A stretch of 64,000 nt of DNA, from positions 96,472,001-96,536,000 of the forward strand of contig OZ260661.1 of the NCBI GenBank assembly GCA_965285935.1, in the 5' to 3' direction. This document shows, in pieces, positions 61,330-64,000 of the stretch. The DNA is from Ophelia neglecta (taxonomy: Eukaryota). Each line of letters opens with the position of its first letter. Within the stretch, counting starts at the first letter, position 1. The notes under the pieces were generated by a model that saw only the letters and a list, made by a program, of their open reading frames with translations, ran no database searches and was not told the DNA's origin. The translations under genes and the position numbers were made by a program.

Positions 61330-63642
61330 ATCAGAAACTGGAGAATTGGATTCCCAGGATGGGTTGAACAGACACTTGTGCCAATCCCTGACTTGAGGAA
61401 AAATATCCTGCTTCAGTTTCAGTTGAATAAAAAGCCAAATAATAATAATAATAATAATGTACAAACTGATTGACAGCAGCCTTAATCAAATGCACCATGA
61501 GTAGCCCTACTATTCTGCTGTTAGAAAATTTAGGCCCATTATTCTAGATGTTACTCAAAACCAAAATATTTAAAACATGATAAGAACCTGTTATGGTCAC
61601 TGATATGGACATACATGTACCTAGGTTGACAGTCCCTAGCTGAATAACTTTGAGTTAACATTGCAATTTTCTTGTCTAATCCGCTAAGCACCTTCATTTC
61701 CGACTTTAAGATTTGTTTCACACCTCCACTGCTATGAGCATTTAGTGTCAGATTTTCAACAGCACTTAAACACCATGGTTTGGTTCAGGTACAAATGCCA
61801 TTTCAAAACAAAATGGTTTCCTCTTTAAACTGATTATGGCCAGGTGTGTTTGTTAATCTTAGACACTAACACAATTGAAAGCAATTAACATGGTCATCGT
61901 TGAGGAGAGGTGAACAAACAACAGAGACACATTGCTACCGATTTGCCTTATCCGTTGATAACTGTCGATATAACGATATCATGCTCAGGACGAGTACATA
62001 GCATGTGGACTTATTTACTGTTTACAGAGGGCGCTGTTCATCGTGACCTTCCCATTGCTGGCGTGGCTTCCACAGCTGTGGGTCCGGGCTTGTCAAAACA
62101 AAAACAATCATGTTACACTGTTTACATTGTTCGATTCTAGGCTTCAGAATATAGGTGAGTACACCGGTAAAGAATCAACATAGCAGCGTTCTAAGATCAC
62201 ATTGTTTAATAGATATTTGCAGATTTTTGCCACAGAAAGCTTAAATTTGTCCACCGAAGTAGGCCACACCTCCCACTAGTATATTTGTTTGTAAACAGTG
62301 GCACGTGTTTCAGTTTTCTCCTCTTATGTTCGTGTGAATTTCGAATGGTATGATTTATATTTATACCTCCATTTTGTTTTAATTAGTAAATGCAAGTGAA
62401 ACATAGATGTTCGGACTTCACTTTATAGCCTGCTATTTGAGTAAAAATCAGGCCTAGGGATTTTATATCATATGTCTAGGTAGATCTGTAGTTGGTACCT
62501 GAAACATACAGTTGTCGAGAAAGAACATGACATTGTGACAGGCTAAAATGGCTTTTGTTTATAATAAGGTGAAATATTGGGGGCCATTTCATAGCAACCC
62601 ATGAAAAACTGGGGGTTATATTATAGCTTTCCATCTGGGGCACACTTGTGTCCCAGCTTTCCATCAAAGAAGGGGGCTATCATACAGATTGTGAAGCATG
62701 AAAACGATACCCCTTCCAGTTGAGCATACATATACTCAATTGTGATGGCAGTCCCCCCCCCCCCCCAACAACAATCATGGGATAATTATTTGCAGATAGA
62801 TTCAAGTCAGCAGCCTGGATGACATGACATTTTTTAATATATTTCATGCATATAATGGTTACATACAAGATAACATACAAAATTTAGATTACAGCTACAT
62901 GTATATCCACTGTAATATTACATACATGATGTATGCATGTACCATATGTCAGTATTATTACTGACATAGGGTATAATATTAATGTTAACTCTGGGTCTGG
63001 TGAACATTGTTTATCACTGTTATGCCTCATCTGACCTGATATGAGTTGTTTTTTTGCCTGTTGATATAGCCGCCAGCATGCACCTTTTGCATCACCTACA
63101 CATGACCCGCATCCATGTCTTTACTCGTTCTGCAGACTTGTGAGAATATGGCCTCTATCACGCACATAATCGTGCACATATAAAAGTGGGAGTATGCTTT
63201 TAGGTACATACTAACATTAATATGCTTTTAGTTATTTATTGGGAGAAATGTATTCCAGAGGTTTTAATAAAGGTCATATATTTATGTTTTTAAACATAAT
63301 TGGTACGACTTCCAACATGTCAAAAGCAATTCAACCTTGCAGCCTGTGTATTGTCACTGCTGCCTTCTTATATGACATGCATTAAGATACATACATGTAT
63401 ATGGAGCTTTCTGTCATAATATACAAGGTACACTGGGTCGATTTGTGATTTAGTGTGCGTTTTCATTGAAGCGGAGGCGCTCTATTTTAGATAGAGCTCT
63501 AGAGCTCCTATCATATGGTTCAGTGATCATAGAGAACCATACTGGATTGTATTCATTGAACTTTGTCAGACAAGCAGAGTTACGCAACATCGGCACAATA
63601 AAGGCTTCAATGGAAACGCACACTAAATTAGTTAGAGTTTTC

Positions 63643-63734
63643 GTTCAGCTCTATTACCTCGGATAGGGCGGTGAGTCAATCTCAGCTTACGCCTCGATTG
63701 ACTCACTGCCCTATCCGAGGTAATAGGGCTGAAC
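63643..63734. repeat. Long hairpin / inverted repeat, possibly the end of a Crypton-like non-autonomous element
   Basis: GTTCAGCTCTATTACCTCGGATAGGGCGGTGAGTCAATC, a 14-nt loop, then GATTGACTCACTGCCCTATCCGAGGTAATAGGGCTGAAC; the 39-bp arms have two mismatches. Confidence 0.75.
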
Positions 63735-64000
63735 TCAAAGTTTAACCTATATATAGTAACCATTAATTAATATGCCTATGATATTTAAATTTGGCAAGTA
63801 AGTTTCTGTTGTGTTTGTCAGGTAAAATATATGAATTTGGAGAGAGTATACTGATCACAGATTCACAGAGTATACAAGTATATTTCAGAGAATTTAGTCT
63901 CAGTGTGTTGTTAATTTCATCCTCCCACACTGGTTGTATTGGTCCTGAGCCTAACTTATGCATACGGGGGAAATTATTAAAACAGTATCTCCATAGCCAT

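Overview
AT-rich eukaryotic genomic DNA with spliceosomal introns, most likely from an invertebrate bilaterian; one 149-N scaffold gap lies at 23842-23990. Four protein-coding genes can be rebuilt by hand. (1) TFIIA alpha/beta (GTF2A1), + strand, 9 exons, 323-5423. (2) A type-A LGR / glycoprotein hormone receptor, - strand, 12 coding exons, 26971-10057, tail-to-tail with GTF2A1 as in the vertebrate TSHR-GTF2A1 and LHCGR-GTF2A1L pairs. (3) A type-I membrane protein with 7 tandem EGF repeats and no DSL domain, - strand, about 56317-50544. (4) A DUF2236 / MpaB / Lcp-like heme oxygenase-family protein with an uninterrupted CDS, - strand, 59158-58181. Receptor intron 1 holds a 4.3-kb element with perfect 40-bp TIRs and an 8-bp TSD that encloses a second TIR element and a Helitron 3' fragment. 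The 27-50 kb interval has no recognisable host gene, only MITEs and decayed Helentron-type, LINE and probable Gypsy remnants. Other notable signals are perfect palindromes beside receptor splice sites, a required GC donor, let-7 seed matches downstream of the receptor stop, a tRNA-like foldback element, and an excess of TA-NNNN-TA palindromes resembling Tc1/mariner excision footprints. All gene models come from manual reading and need transcript confirmation.
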